Shown piece by piece: positions 10,418 through 19,700 of a stretch of 20,000 nucleotides of DNA. A program made the translations under genes and the position numbers. Each line of letters begins with the position of its first letter. Within the stretch, counting starts at the first letter, position 1. The DNA is from Chiloscyllium plagiosum (lineage: Eukaryota). The DNA lies in NCBI RefSeq assembly GCF_004010195.1, contig NC_057760.1:4617689-4637688 (forward strand), written 5' to 3'. The notes beneath the pieces are model-generated. The model was not told the DNA's origin and ran no database searches. It saw only the letters and a list, made by a program, of their open reading frames with translations.

Positions 10418-11027
10418 CTAGAAGGGAAGAGAAAGGCAAAAAGGTGAGAATGTTTAGAGGTGCAGAGACAGGGCCTCTCTCACATACAGAAACATAATGG
10501 ATACAGAAAGAGATGTATTAGTGAATTGAACTGACCCCATCCACAGGGTGAGACAGAGCATAGATACATCAATTTCTAACAATGCCTAGATACCAGCCTG
10601 TACTGAGGGACCTACAGCCAGGGCAAATTGTCCAGTCAGTTGAGCTGAGAAGGACTATAGGTGATATCTGCAGTTGAACTTCAGTCGCGTGAAAGGGTTA
10701 ATTTCCGAAGAACTGGTGGCATGGCATGTTTCAGTATCAATATACACAACACTTCCTCTCTCAAACCATCCATAACCTTTAGCCATGCCGCTCCCACACA
10801 CTGTCCACCTACAACCACAACTTGGTCTGCACCCACCCATGGCTCAGTCCGCAAACACCCACAGTTCAAACTGCAGCCACGTGCACGTGATCGCTATGCA
10901 TGTGATATGTTACTATATAGAAGTTCAGGGAGTTCAAAGATGCCTCTCTGTCACCAAAAATATTGTTCTTACAAACAGAATAAAGAAGCTAATGAAATTG
11001 CATTGGGTATATTCAAACATTTGGGTG

Positions 11028-12207
11028 GCGAACACGATGGTGGTATTTAAGAAAGATGGTAAGGAAAAGCCAGGGAACCACAGACTGGTGAGCCTGATGT
11101 CAGTGGTGGGTATGTTGAGGGAGGGAATTCTGAGGGACAGGATGGACATGCATTTGGAAAGACAAGGACTGATTAGGGACAGTCAACATAGTTTTGTGCG
11201 TGGGAAATCGTGTCTCACTAACTTGATCGAGTTTTTGAAGAAGTGACAAAGAAGGTTGATGATGGCAGAGTGGTAGATGTTGTTTATTTGGACTTCAGCA
11301 AAACATTTGACAAGGTTTTGCATTATAGACTGGTTGTCAAGGTTAAAGCACATGGAATCCAAAAGGAGCTATCCGATTGGATACAAAATTGGCTTGAAGG
11401 TTGGAGACAGAGGGTAGTGGTAGAGAATTGTTTTTTGGACTGGAGGCCTGTGACCCATCATGGGTCGCAATGGGCCAAGGAATCGCAGATGAAGTTTAAT
11501 TTAGTTAAATGTGAGGGAGTGTTGCTGAACAAAGGGACCTAGGGTTGCAGGTGCATAGTTTTTTGAAAGTGGAGTCACAAGTGGACAGGGTAGAGAAGGC
11601 ATTTAGCACATTTGCCTTCATTGCTCAGTCCATTGAGGAGGAGTCAGGGTGTTATGTTGCAGCTGTACAAGACATTAATGAGGCCACTTTTAGAATACTG
11701 CACTCAATTTTAGTTTCCCTGCTATAGGAAAGATGTTGTTAAACCTGAAAGGATTCAGAAAATATTTACAAGGATGTTGCTGGGATTGGAGGGTTTGAGC
11801 TAAAAGGAGAGGTTGAATAGGCTGGAACTATTTTTCCAGGAGCATCAGAGGTCAAGGCGTTATTGAGGTTTATAAAATCATGAGGGGCATAGATAGGGTG
11901 AACAGTCACGGTCTTTTTTCCCGGGGTAGGGAGTCCAAACTAGAGGGCATAGGTTAAAGGTGAGAGGGGTAATGTGTAAAAGAGACCTGATGGGCAACCT
12001 GCAGAGGGTGCTGTTATATGGAATGAGCTGCCGGAGGTGATGGTGGAGGCAGGTACAATTACAAATTTAAAAGGCATCTGGATGGGTACATGAATAGTAC
12101 ATGCCAGACCAAATGCTGGCAAATGGGACCAGATTAATTTAGGATATTCTGGTTGGCGCAGTCAGGTTGGATCAAAGGATCTGTACATCTCTATGACTCT
12201 GTGACTC
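11028..12207 (+). mobile_element. CR1-clade LINE 3' portion with internal deletions
   Basis: KKDGKEKPGNHRLVSLMSVVG, SQHSFVRGKSCLTNLIEF, VDVVYLDFSKTFDKV, WIQNWLEGWRQRVVV; ends in a 'ctctatgactctgtgactc' tail. Confidence 0.92.
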
Positions 12208-12342
12208 ATTCATTCCAGCTTTACATGAATTTAACAGAAATACATGTTGAAATGAAGCTTAACTTTTCCCCTCCTTGACTCATCCCCCACCCCTTTCCAA
12301 CCCTAACCCAACGCACCCCAGAGAAGTAAGCATCATTCTCAC

Positions 12343-12420
12343 CATCTGATAGGCCACAAGCAGTGAAAGCAGTGACACAGTCTTCCCTGTGCCTGACGGC
12401 ATTTCCAAAACCCCATGTCC
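12343..12420 (-). CDS. ERCC2: ERCC2/XPD exon 3 ([26 protein letters not shown]), helicase motif I / Walker A
   Basis: ttag|GGACAT...CAGATG|gtgaga; 78 nt; EMPSGTGKT motif. Confidence 0.97.
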
Positions 12421-12800
12421 CTAAGATACAGAAAGTGACACCAAGTTTGAAACAACAAGACATGATCAGCAAATATAAGCAGCCAAACAGGCTTTCAAAC
12501 ATAAAAAACAAATACCGACTCGAAAAGTCTCATCCTTGTGTTCAATTCCTTTCATCATTCTGTACAGCCTTGTGCTTTTGAACATACCATAGGAAATGCC
12601 TTTTTAATAAAGAATGTGTTAACAATCCCACCCCCCCCCACCCCACAGCATATTATATCTATGGAGGGAAAGTCGAATTTGACAAACCTACTGGACTTAT
12701 TTAAGAGGTTACTAGAATAGATGAGGGAGAACCATTAGATATGGTATACTGATTTCCAGAAAGCTTTTAATAAAGTTCAACATAACAGGTTATTGCATAA

Positions 12801-13500
12801 ACAATAAAAACAAACAGATTCACAAACACGTTCTTCCCCACTGTTATCGGAGTTTTGAACGGACCCCTTTAATGTTAATTTCTCTTACTTCCTTTTTGCC
12901 ATGTGCAACATTGTGTCCTGGACCTTGTTCTACCCTGATGCACTTGTATAATGCAATGTGGCTGTAAAGCTGTGGCGAAACGGTTAAAAATTATGTCCCA
13001 ATACATGTGTGAATCTAACCGGAATGGAGGTGTTGCTTAGTCCCGTGTGAATCTTATTACACAGCTCCCCGTGTGAATCTTCTTATCTGTATGTAACCAG
13101 AATGGAATGTGTTTTTTAGCCTTGCTCTGCTGTTCACATGAATGTTTATATCTGGAAAAGAGTATATCAGCTGGAAAAGTCTCCAGTTCGGTGAGTCTGC
13201 TCCGGGGTTACGTTTAACCGCCGAGCGTGGGTTGTTGGCAACCGCTCTACGAGAACTGACGGCTCCCAGTTCCGGTAACATGTAGAGTGAGTATAAGCCA
13301 GACCCGTTGTAAGTATGAGACCTGGTTGTGGCGACGCTGCGGGGAATAAAATGCTCATATTCTAGCAGACTCGCCTCTTGGTCGTTTGTTCTGTGTCAGA
13401 CTACTCTCCTACGAACCTGACCTTGAGAATTTTTTAAAACAAAAGCACACAAGACAACACTTTTCACCGTATCTTGTTACATAGGACAGTAATAATCAAA
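12801..13500 (+). mobile_element. Rex1/Babar-like LINE 3' end (12801-12970 and 13442-13500), split by a solo LTR
   Basis: 'aacagattcacaaacacgttcttccccactgttatcggagttttgaacgga' encodes NRFTNTFFPTVIGVLNG, resembling the Rex1 ORF2 C-terminal R..NSFFP.AIR.LN. 3' UTR 'acacttttcaccgtatcttgttaca..gacagtaataa'. Family named from memory. Confidence 0.6.
12971..13441 (+). mobile_element. Solo LTR (471 bp)
   Basis: TGT...ACA termini; perfect 5-bp TSD AAAGC (12966-12970 and 13442-13446); AATAAA at 13345-13350; TATA-like motifs; internal short repeats; CpG-rich. Confidence 0.85.
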
Positions 13501-13765
13501 TCAAAATTAAGGCTTGTGGGATTGGTGATAATTATCTGGGCGTGGATTGAAATTTGGTTCACAGAGAGTAGGAATAAGACAGCGACTAGTGGGGTACCAC
13601 AGGGATCAATGCTCTGGCTCGTTATTCCCAATATCCATCTGGATACAGAAATCAAACGTAATATTTCACAGTTTGCTGATATCATCAAACTAGGTGAGAC
13701 TGAGAGTGGTGAGGAGCGTGCAAAGAGGCTTTAGGACAATTTATACAAAGTGTGAATGGCAGATG

Positions 13766-14075
13766 GAGCAGCACAGGGCTCAGTGGTTAGTACTGCTGCC
13801 TCACAGCACCAGGGACTCGGGTTCGATTCCAGCCTCAGGCAACTATCTGTGTGGAGTCTGCACATTCTCCCCGTGTCTGTGTGGGTTTTCTCCAGGTGCG
13901 CCGGTTTCCTTCCACAGTCCAAAGATGTGCAGGTCAGCTGAATTGGCCATGGTAAATTGCCCATAGTGTTATGTGCATAGTCAGAGGGAAATAGGTCTGG
14001 GTGGGTTACACTTCAGAGGGTAGGTTGGACTTGTTGGACTGAAGGGCCTGTTTCCACACTGTAGGGAATCTAATC
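13766..14075 (+). mobile_element. HE1-type V-SINE inserted in CR1
   Basis: A box 'ggctcagtggtt', B box 'ggttcgattcc', V-domain and tail 'ggcctgtttccacactgtagggaatctaatc'; homologous to 7376-7720. Confidence 0.9.
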
Positions 14076-14904
14076 ATGTGATTAATTGTGATGATGCTCA
14101 TTGAGGAAAAACAGAATGGCAGAGTATTATTTAAATGGAATAGGCTGGGAAAGACTGATGTTCAAAAGGACCTGGATATTCTTGTAAACTGGTCATTGAA
14201 AGCTGGCATGCAGGTGTTGCAGGAATTTAGGAAGGCAGCCAGTATGCTGGTGGTTACTCCACAAAAATTTGATGACAGGAGCAGAGAAATCTGACTGCAG
14301 ATGTACAAGGCCTTGGTGAGACCATACCTGGAGAAGTGTGTGCAGTTCTGGTCTCGTTACTTAACAAAATATATAACTGCCACAGGAGAGCAATGACCGC
14401 TCACCAGACTGATTCCTTGAGGATGGTTAGTTTCTCATACAAGGAGAGATTGGGTTGACTGGGCCTGTATTCACTTGGGCTGAGGATAATGAAAGGGGGT
14501 CTCATTGAATTGTACCAAATTCTGAGAGGGCTGGACAGACAGGGTGCAGGGATGATGTTTTTCACTGGCTAGAGGGGTGGAGTTACAGAACAAAGACTCA
14601 CGGTCTCAGAATACAAGGTAGGCTGCTTTGAAAAGAGTACGAGAAGAGGCGGTCTCCACTCAAATAATAGTGAACCTGGGAGATTTTCTACCACCAAAGC
14701 TTATGGAGGCAAGGCCACTGAATACTTTAAGAAACAAAGAAATAGATTTGAAGAAGTTAGAGGTGACAAGGGATATGGGGAGTATTACCTTCAAGATAGA
14801 TGACATATAATCATGATTACTGAATGGCATGGTGTTAATGGCCAAACAGCCTACTCGTGCTCCTATTTTCTATATTTCTACATTCTGCTTTTAGTTTTAC
14901 GAAA

Positions 14905-15300
14905 GATATGCAGTTCATGTCCAGTCTAAGGATAATATTCCAGTGAGTGTTGCTGAGTTTAGAGGGTTGAATTATGAGGTCAGACTTTACTTGAATTCTC
15001 TTGGGTTTAGGTGGTTGAGGAGTTGTCTGATTGTGGCTTTAAAAGTGATTAGAGGATCCTGCAGGTTAGTTGGAAATAGGAGGCAGCAACCTTCACACAA
15101 AGACTGCTGGATATTTGGCAGCCTCTCCCACAAAAGCTGATAATGATCAAATAATATGTTGAGAGTTGAGATTGATCATTAAGGATGGGTATCAAAAGAA
15201 AAAATAAAGCCTGGTTGATAGAGTAAAGGTACAGAAGAAGCATGATTCAAATGAATGGCAAAACCTTTTGATCAGATAGTAAGTGGCTTCCCAACTGTTA
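14905..15300 (+). mobile_element. Highly degraded CR1-like LINE 3' end
   Basis: 'agagggttgaattatgaggtcagact', 'tctgattgtggctttaaaagtgattagagga', 'gagttgagattgat' resemble CR1 3' sequences seen elsewhere in the window. Confidence 0.5.
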
Positions 15301-15391
15301 TAGGTCCCATGGCAGGTTGAAAATGATAAGAGTATTGATCCAGCCAGCCAATATTTTCCCTCAACTATTTTTGCCAAAACAATAGTGACTG

Positions 15392-16101
15392 TGTTATGAA
15401 GGTATAAGGAGTACTGTACCTTTAAGAGAGTTGAAAGCTAGTAAGAACTTACAGAGGCATACAGAGTACTGGAACATTTACAACATAACATTTGGTCCAG
15501 CAACTAGCAGTACTTGGATTGCTGAGACAAAAACAAATTCAAATTACGCCAGTTTACATTATGCCCCAAGATACTAAACTCCAATCAAGTTTGAATTTAG
15601 TTTTTTGACAATATTAACACCAATGAAACAATCCAATAATTTTGCTTATAAATATTAAACAAATTGAACAGTTGGAGAAGAATTGCCAAGCCACCAACAT
15701 CTGCAGACTGCCCAGAGAATAGCTCTCTTAAAGGTACCTTTACCTATCAATGACCCGTGAAACAGAAATCCCCAAGAAGAAAATAAGACAGAGGAAGATA
15801 CAAAGAGAAGATTCGACAGCTGACTGGTTTTAAAATTTGAAATTTTTGGTAAATCTTAATCGGGTGGCGATAGGTATTTATCGGACCAGTTTTATAAAAG
15901 AGAAAGTAAAAGGTAAGTTACAAATAGGAGTTGTAAATTAATTATTGACTGTTAGACTTAAAGAATAACATTCGTAAAGTTTTTCTGCTTTAAATAGTGA
16001 CTTTTGGGATAGTTCTTGGCCTCTCAAATTTTAACAGATTAAGTCACTTCATACAGGTTTAAATTAGCGGGGTGGGGGGGAAGAATGGTTTAGTCCATGT
16101 C
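15392..16101 (+). mobile_element. 5' LTR of a Gmr1-like Ty3/gypsy retrotransposon
   Basis: Starts TGTTATGAAG and aligns along its length with 18906-19633. Its extreme 3' end is replaced or interrupted by a PLE fragment. Confidence 0.85.
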
Positions 16102-16192
16102 TTAGTAGGGTAACAAAATGTCTTGAAATGAACCTTCCAGCTCAGCGAGCAAACCTACATCCAAAACCTCAACCTGAGCTACAAATCTTCTC
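16102..16192 (+). mobile_element. Penelope-like pLTR 3' terminal fragment, same family as 6862-7130 but opposite orientation
   Basis: 'aatgaaccttccagctcagcgagcaaacctacatccaa' is the exact reverse complement of 6863-6900. Confidence 0.85.
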
Positions 16193-16692
16193 NNNNNNNN
16201 NNNNNNNNNNNNNNNNNNNNNNNNNNNNNNNNNNNNNNNNNNNNNNNNNNNNNNNNNNNNNNNNNNNNNNNNNNNNNNNNNNNNNNNNNNNNNNNNNNNN
16301 NNNNNNNNNNNNNNNNNNNNNNNNNNNNNNNNNNNNNNNNNNNNNNNNNNNNNNNNNNNNNNNNNNNNNNNNNNNNNNNNNNNNNNNNNNNNNNNNNNNN
16401 NNNNNNNNNNNNNNNNNNNNNNNNNNNNNNNNNNNNNNNNNNNNNNNNNNNNNNNNNNNNNNNNNNNNNNNNNNNNNNNNNNNNNNNNNNNNNNNNNNNN
16501 NNNNNNNNNNNNNNNNNNNNNNNNNNNNNNNNNNNNNNNNNNNNNNNNNNNNNNNNNNNNNNNNNNNNNNNNNNNNNNNNNNNNNNNNNNNNNNNNNNNN
16601 NNNNNNNNNNNNNNNNNNNNNNNNNNNNNNNNNNNNNNNNNNNNNNNNNNNNNNNNNNNNNNNNNNNNNNNNNNNNNNNNNNNNNNNNNNNN
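16193..16692. other. Assembly gap (500 N)
   Basis: Exactly 500 N; probably a fixed-size scaffolding placeholder. Confidence 0.98.
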
Positions 16693-16739
16693 AGACCCTG
16701 AAGACCATGTTGAGAGCGTACTGTCAGGATTACCCGAAT

Positions 16740-16955
16740 TTAAAAATGTGTTGCTGGAAAAGCGCAGCAGGCCAGGCAGCATCAAAGGAACAGGAGAATC
16801 GACGTTTCGGGCATAAGCCCTTCTTTCCTGAAGAAGAGCTTATGCCCGAAACGTCGTTTCTCCTGCTCCTTTGATGCTGCCTGGCCTGCTGCGCTTTTCC
16901 AGCAACACATTTTTAAGCTCTGATACTCCAGCATCTGCAGTCCTCACTTTCTCCT
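16740..16955 (+). mobile_element. Palindromic Penelope-derived element, copy B, inserted in integrase
   Basis: Inverted repeat 16740-16916 plus tail. TSD AGGATTACCCGAAT (16726-16739) / AGGATTACCAGAAT (16956-16969). Confidence 0.9.
16824..16860 (+). ncRNA. Minimal type I hammerhead ribozyme motif; activity uncertain
   Basis: CTGAAGA (16828-16834), a-gagc-ttat-gccc, GAAAC (16848-16852), GTC (16853-16855). One stem II mismatch; helix I weak. Confidence 0.5.
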
Positions 16956-17218
16956 AGGATTACCAGAATGCTTGGGATAAAGGTATCCCATTTGTATTGT
17001 GTGTCATTAGAGATGCCCCAAACAAATCTACTCAGTTTACTCTCTTTGAGTTAATATTTGGACATGAAGTGAGAGGCCTTTTGAAATTAATTAAAGAGAA
17101 ATTGATAAGACCAAATTTGGAGATTTCACACTTGGATTATGTATCGGAGGTGAGGGAGAGTAAGTCAGGTAAGTGAGTTAGCTAAACAGCACCTAAAGAG
17201 GGCACAGTATAGAATGAG

Positions 17219-17290
17219 TAGAGAGTGTGGCACTTGAAAAGCAGAGCAGGTCAGGCAACATTTGAGGAGCAGGAAAATCGATGTTATCAG
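17219..17290. mobile_element. Truncated left arm of a related palindromic PLE-derived element at the integrase/RT junction
   Basis: 'gaaaagcagagcaggtcaggcaacatttgaggagcaggaaaatcgatgtt' resembles the left arms of copies A-C. Confidence 0.7.
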
Positions 17291-17388
17291 ATGTTTCTGC
17301 TCTGATAAAACAACACCCCTATTGGCTTAATCCTTTCAAAGTCAGACAGGTCCAGATGGAGACCATGCTTGACGAGGATATCATTGAA

Positions 17389-17610
17389 GAGCTGAAAAAT
17401 GTGTTGCTGGAAAAGTGCAGCAGGTCAGGCAACATCAAAGGAGCAGGAGAATCGATGTGTCGGGCATAAGCCCTTCTTCAGGAAGAAGAAGGGCTTATGC
17501 CCGAAACGTCGTTTCCCCTGTTCCCTGGATGCTGCCTGACCTGCTGCACTTTTCCAGCAACACATTTTTTAGTTCTGATCTCCAGCATCTGCAGTCCTCA
17601 CTTTCTCCTA
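17389..17610 (+). mobile_element. Palindromic Penelope-derived element, copy C, inserted in the RT N-terminus
   Basis: Inverted repeat ~17389-17576 plus tail. TSD GAGGATATCATTGAA (17374-17388) / GAGGACACCATTGAA (17611-17625). Confidence 0.88.
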
Positions 17611-18895
17611 GAGGACACCATTGAACCAAGTCAGAGTGAGTGGAGTTCACCAATTGTCCTAGTTCCCAAACCAGAGGGGACTCAACGATTCTGCATGAAT
17701 TATCAGAACGTCAACACCATTACAAAATCGGACTCATATCCAATTCCTAGATTGGGGGACTGTATCAAGAAAGTCGGACAAGCCAGTTACATCACCAAGT
17801 TGGACTTACTGCGTGGCTATGGCAGGTAACTTTATCAGAGACAGCGAAAGAAATTTCTGCATTTGTAACCCCAAATGGGCTATATCAATTTAGAACACAG
17901 CCACCACATTCCAAAGACTCATGAACAGAGTTGTGGTTGGGTTAATAAAATTGTGCAGTCTATTTGGACAATGTAATGATCTTTAGTAAGTCCTGGAAAG
18001 ATCACGTGGTATAGTGGCTAAGCTCTTTGAATGACCATGACAAGCAAAACTGGCAATAAACTTCAATAAGACTGAATTTGCAGAAGCAGAGGTGACGTTC
18101 TTGGGACATAACATTGGTCATGGGAGATTGACCCCCATGGAACGCAAAGACGAAGGCCATTGAGGAATTTCCACAACGAACCTCGAAGAAAGAGGTGCTT
18201 CAATTCCTAGGACTTGGCGGATTCTATCAAAAATTTGATCCAAACTTCAGTAGTGAAGTAGCATCGTTCACCAATTTGTTGAAGAACAAAGTTTTGGTGA
18301 ACAGAACAATGCCAGGAGGCATTTGACCATTTTAAATCAATATTAACCACCATACCAGATTTAGCTACATCAAACTTTTCAAAACCTTTTAAAGTTGCCA
18401 TTGATGCTAGTGAGTTGGAGCTGTACTGCTACAGGAAGATGAGGATGGGATTGAACTGCCAGTTGGTTACTTTTTGAAGAAGCTCAACATCCACCAGAGG
18501 AAATACTCCACGATTAAAAAAGAACTATTGAGTTTGGTACTGACCTTACAACATTTTAATGTGTATGTCACAAACAATGTGTCGGACATGGTTACACAGA
18601 TCACAATCCTCTTAGGTTCTAAGAACGCTTTAAAGACAAGAATATTTCATTGGAGTCTTATGTTACACTTTTAATTTAAAAATCATACATGTTGCGGGTT
18701 GTAAGAATGTAATCGCAGATGCGTTATTGCAAATTTAACTGAAAGTACAGATAAGATGCATCTATCTAATGTCATATATACAGATGGGAAGAAGTTAGGG
18801 TAAACTCAGATTAAAGTTATCTGTATGTTATGGTAATGTGTTTAAATAATAGAAAAAAGGAGCGAAGCCATCTTTTCATTGTGACAGTTGTTTTT

Positions 18896-18905
18896 AAGGG
18901 GGAGG
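18896..18905 (+). promoter_or_regulatory. Polypurine tract of the LTR retrotransposon
   Basis: AAGGGGGAGG directly before the TG of the 3' LTR and preceded by a T run. Confidence 0.85.
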
Positions 18906-19633
18906 TGTTGTGAAGATGTAAGGGGTACTGTACCTTTAAGAGAGTTGAAAGCTAGCAAGGATTTAGAGAGACACATGGAGTACTGGAAAATGTATAATGT
19001 AACATTTGGTCTAGCAGCTTACAGTACTTGAGTTGCTATGAGACAAAAACAAATTCAAATTTGGCCAAACAGTTTAAATTATGCCCCAAGATACTAAACT
19101 CCAATCAGGTTTGAGTCTGATATTTTGACAATATTAACACCAGTGAAACGATCCGAAGCTTTGGGGTATAAGACCAGGAAAAACTGAACAAATGGGGGAG
19201 AACTGCCAAGCCACCAACATATGCAGACTGCCTGGAGAATAGCTCTCTTAAAGGTACCTTTATCTATTAATGATCTGTGAAACAGAAATCTCTAAGAAGA
19301 AGAAAATAAGACAGAGGAAGTTACAAAGAGAAGATTTGACAGCTGGCAGGTTTTCAGATTTGAATGTTTTGGTAAATCTTAATTGGGAGTTTTATCGGAC
19401 CAGTATTGTAGAAGGGAAAGTAAAAGATTTGTTAGAGATAGGAGTTGTAAATAGTAATTCATTAATATTCTATGTTAGACTTAAAAAATAACATTCTTAA
19501 ACTTTTTGTACTTTAAGTAGTGACTTTTTGGATAGTTCTTAGCCTCTCGAATTTTAACAAATTACAGCACAGGTTAAATCATTTCTATGTTACAGGTTTA
19601 AATTAGTGGGAGGATTTACCTTGTGTCGTAACA
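18906..19633 (+). mobile_element. 3' LTR of the Gmr1-like element (728 bp)
   Basis: TGTTG...TAACA termini; TATA-like 'ggtataaga' near 19166. Flanks ACTG (15388-15391) and ATTG (19634-19637) form a possible 4-bp TSD with one mismatch. Confidence 0.88.
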
Positions 19634-19700
19634 ATTGATTAATAGCGGATTGTACTGTGTTTAAATTAGTTATAAGGTCATGAAGCACATTTGGAGTATC

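Larger units (their letters stand above)
12655..14880 (+). mobile_element. CR1-clade LINE (pieces 12655-12800, 13500-13765, 14076-14880) carrying nested insertions
   Basis: GKSNLTNLLDLF and 'gatttccagaaagcttttaataaagtt'; resumes with SGVPQGSML and ISQFADIIKL; later 'tacaaggccttggtgagaccatacctggag' (YKALVRPYLE); 'ttttctatatttcta' tail. Confidence 0.85.
16693..18738 (+). pseudogene. Degenerate pol of a Gmr1-like Ty3/gypsy element: integrase C-terminal part, then RT, then RNase H
   Basis: Integrase: TLKTMLRAYCQDYPN/AWDKGIPFVL..RDAPNKSTQFTLFELIFGHEVRG. RT: IKQHPY..IIE/PSQSEWSSPIVLVPKPEG..KLDLLRGY..YLDN. RNase H: KPFKVAIDAS..YSTIKKELL..NVIADALLQI* with TAA at 18736-18738. Confidence 0.9.

Noticed and set aside
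10661..11246. ORFs of 129 and 153 aa as a nested antisense gene
   Set aside because: No recognisable domain; the C-terminal half of the second ORF is CR1 RT.
13766..13840. tRNA gene (A and B boxes)
   Set aside because: Continues into the V-SINE body and LINE-like tail; no convincing cloverleaf.
16110..16115. GTAACA as the true end of the 5' LTR
   Set aside because: It lies within the PLE fragment homologous to 6863-6925; at most microhomology.
16102..16874. Long ORFs of 179-248 aa
   Set aside because: Artefacts of the 500-N gap.
9003..17610. Reading the repeated palindromes as a CRISPR array, pre-miRNAs or terminators
   Set aside because: Eukaryotic intron context; the copies are dispersed, have TSDs and no spacers. 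They are mobile insertions.
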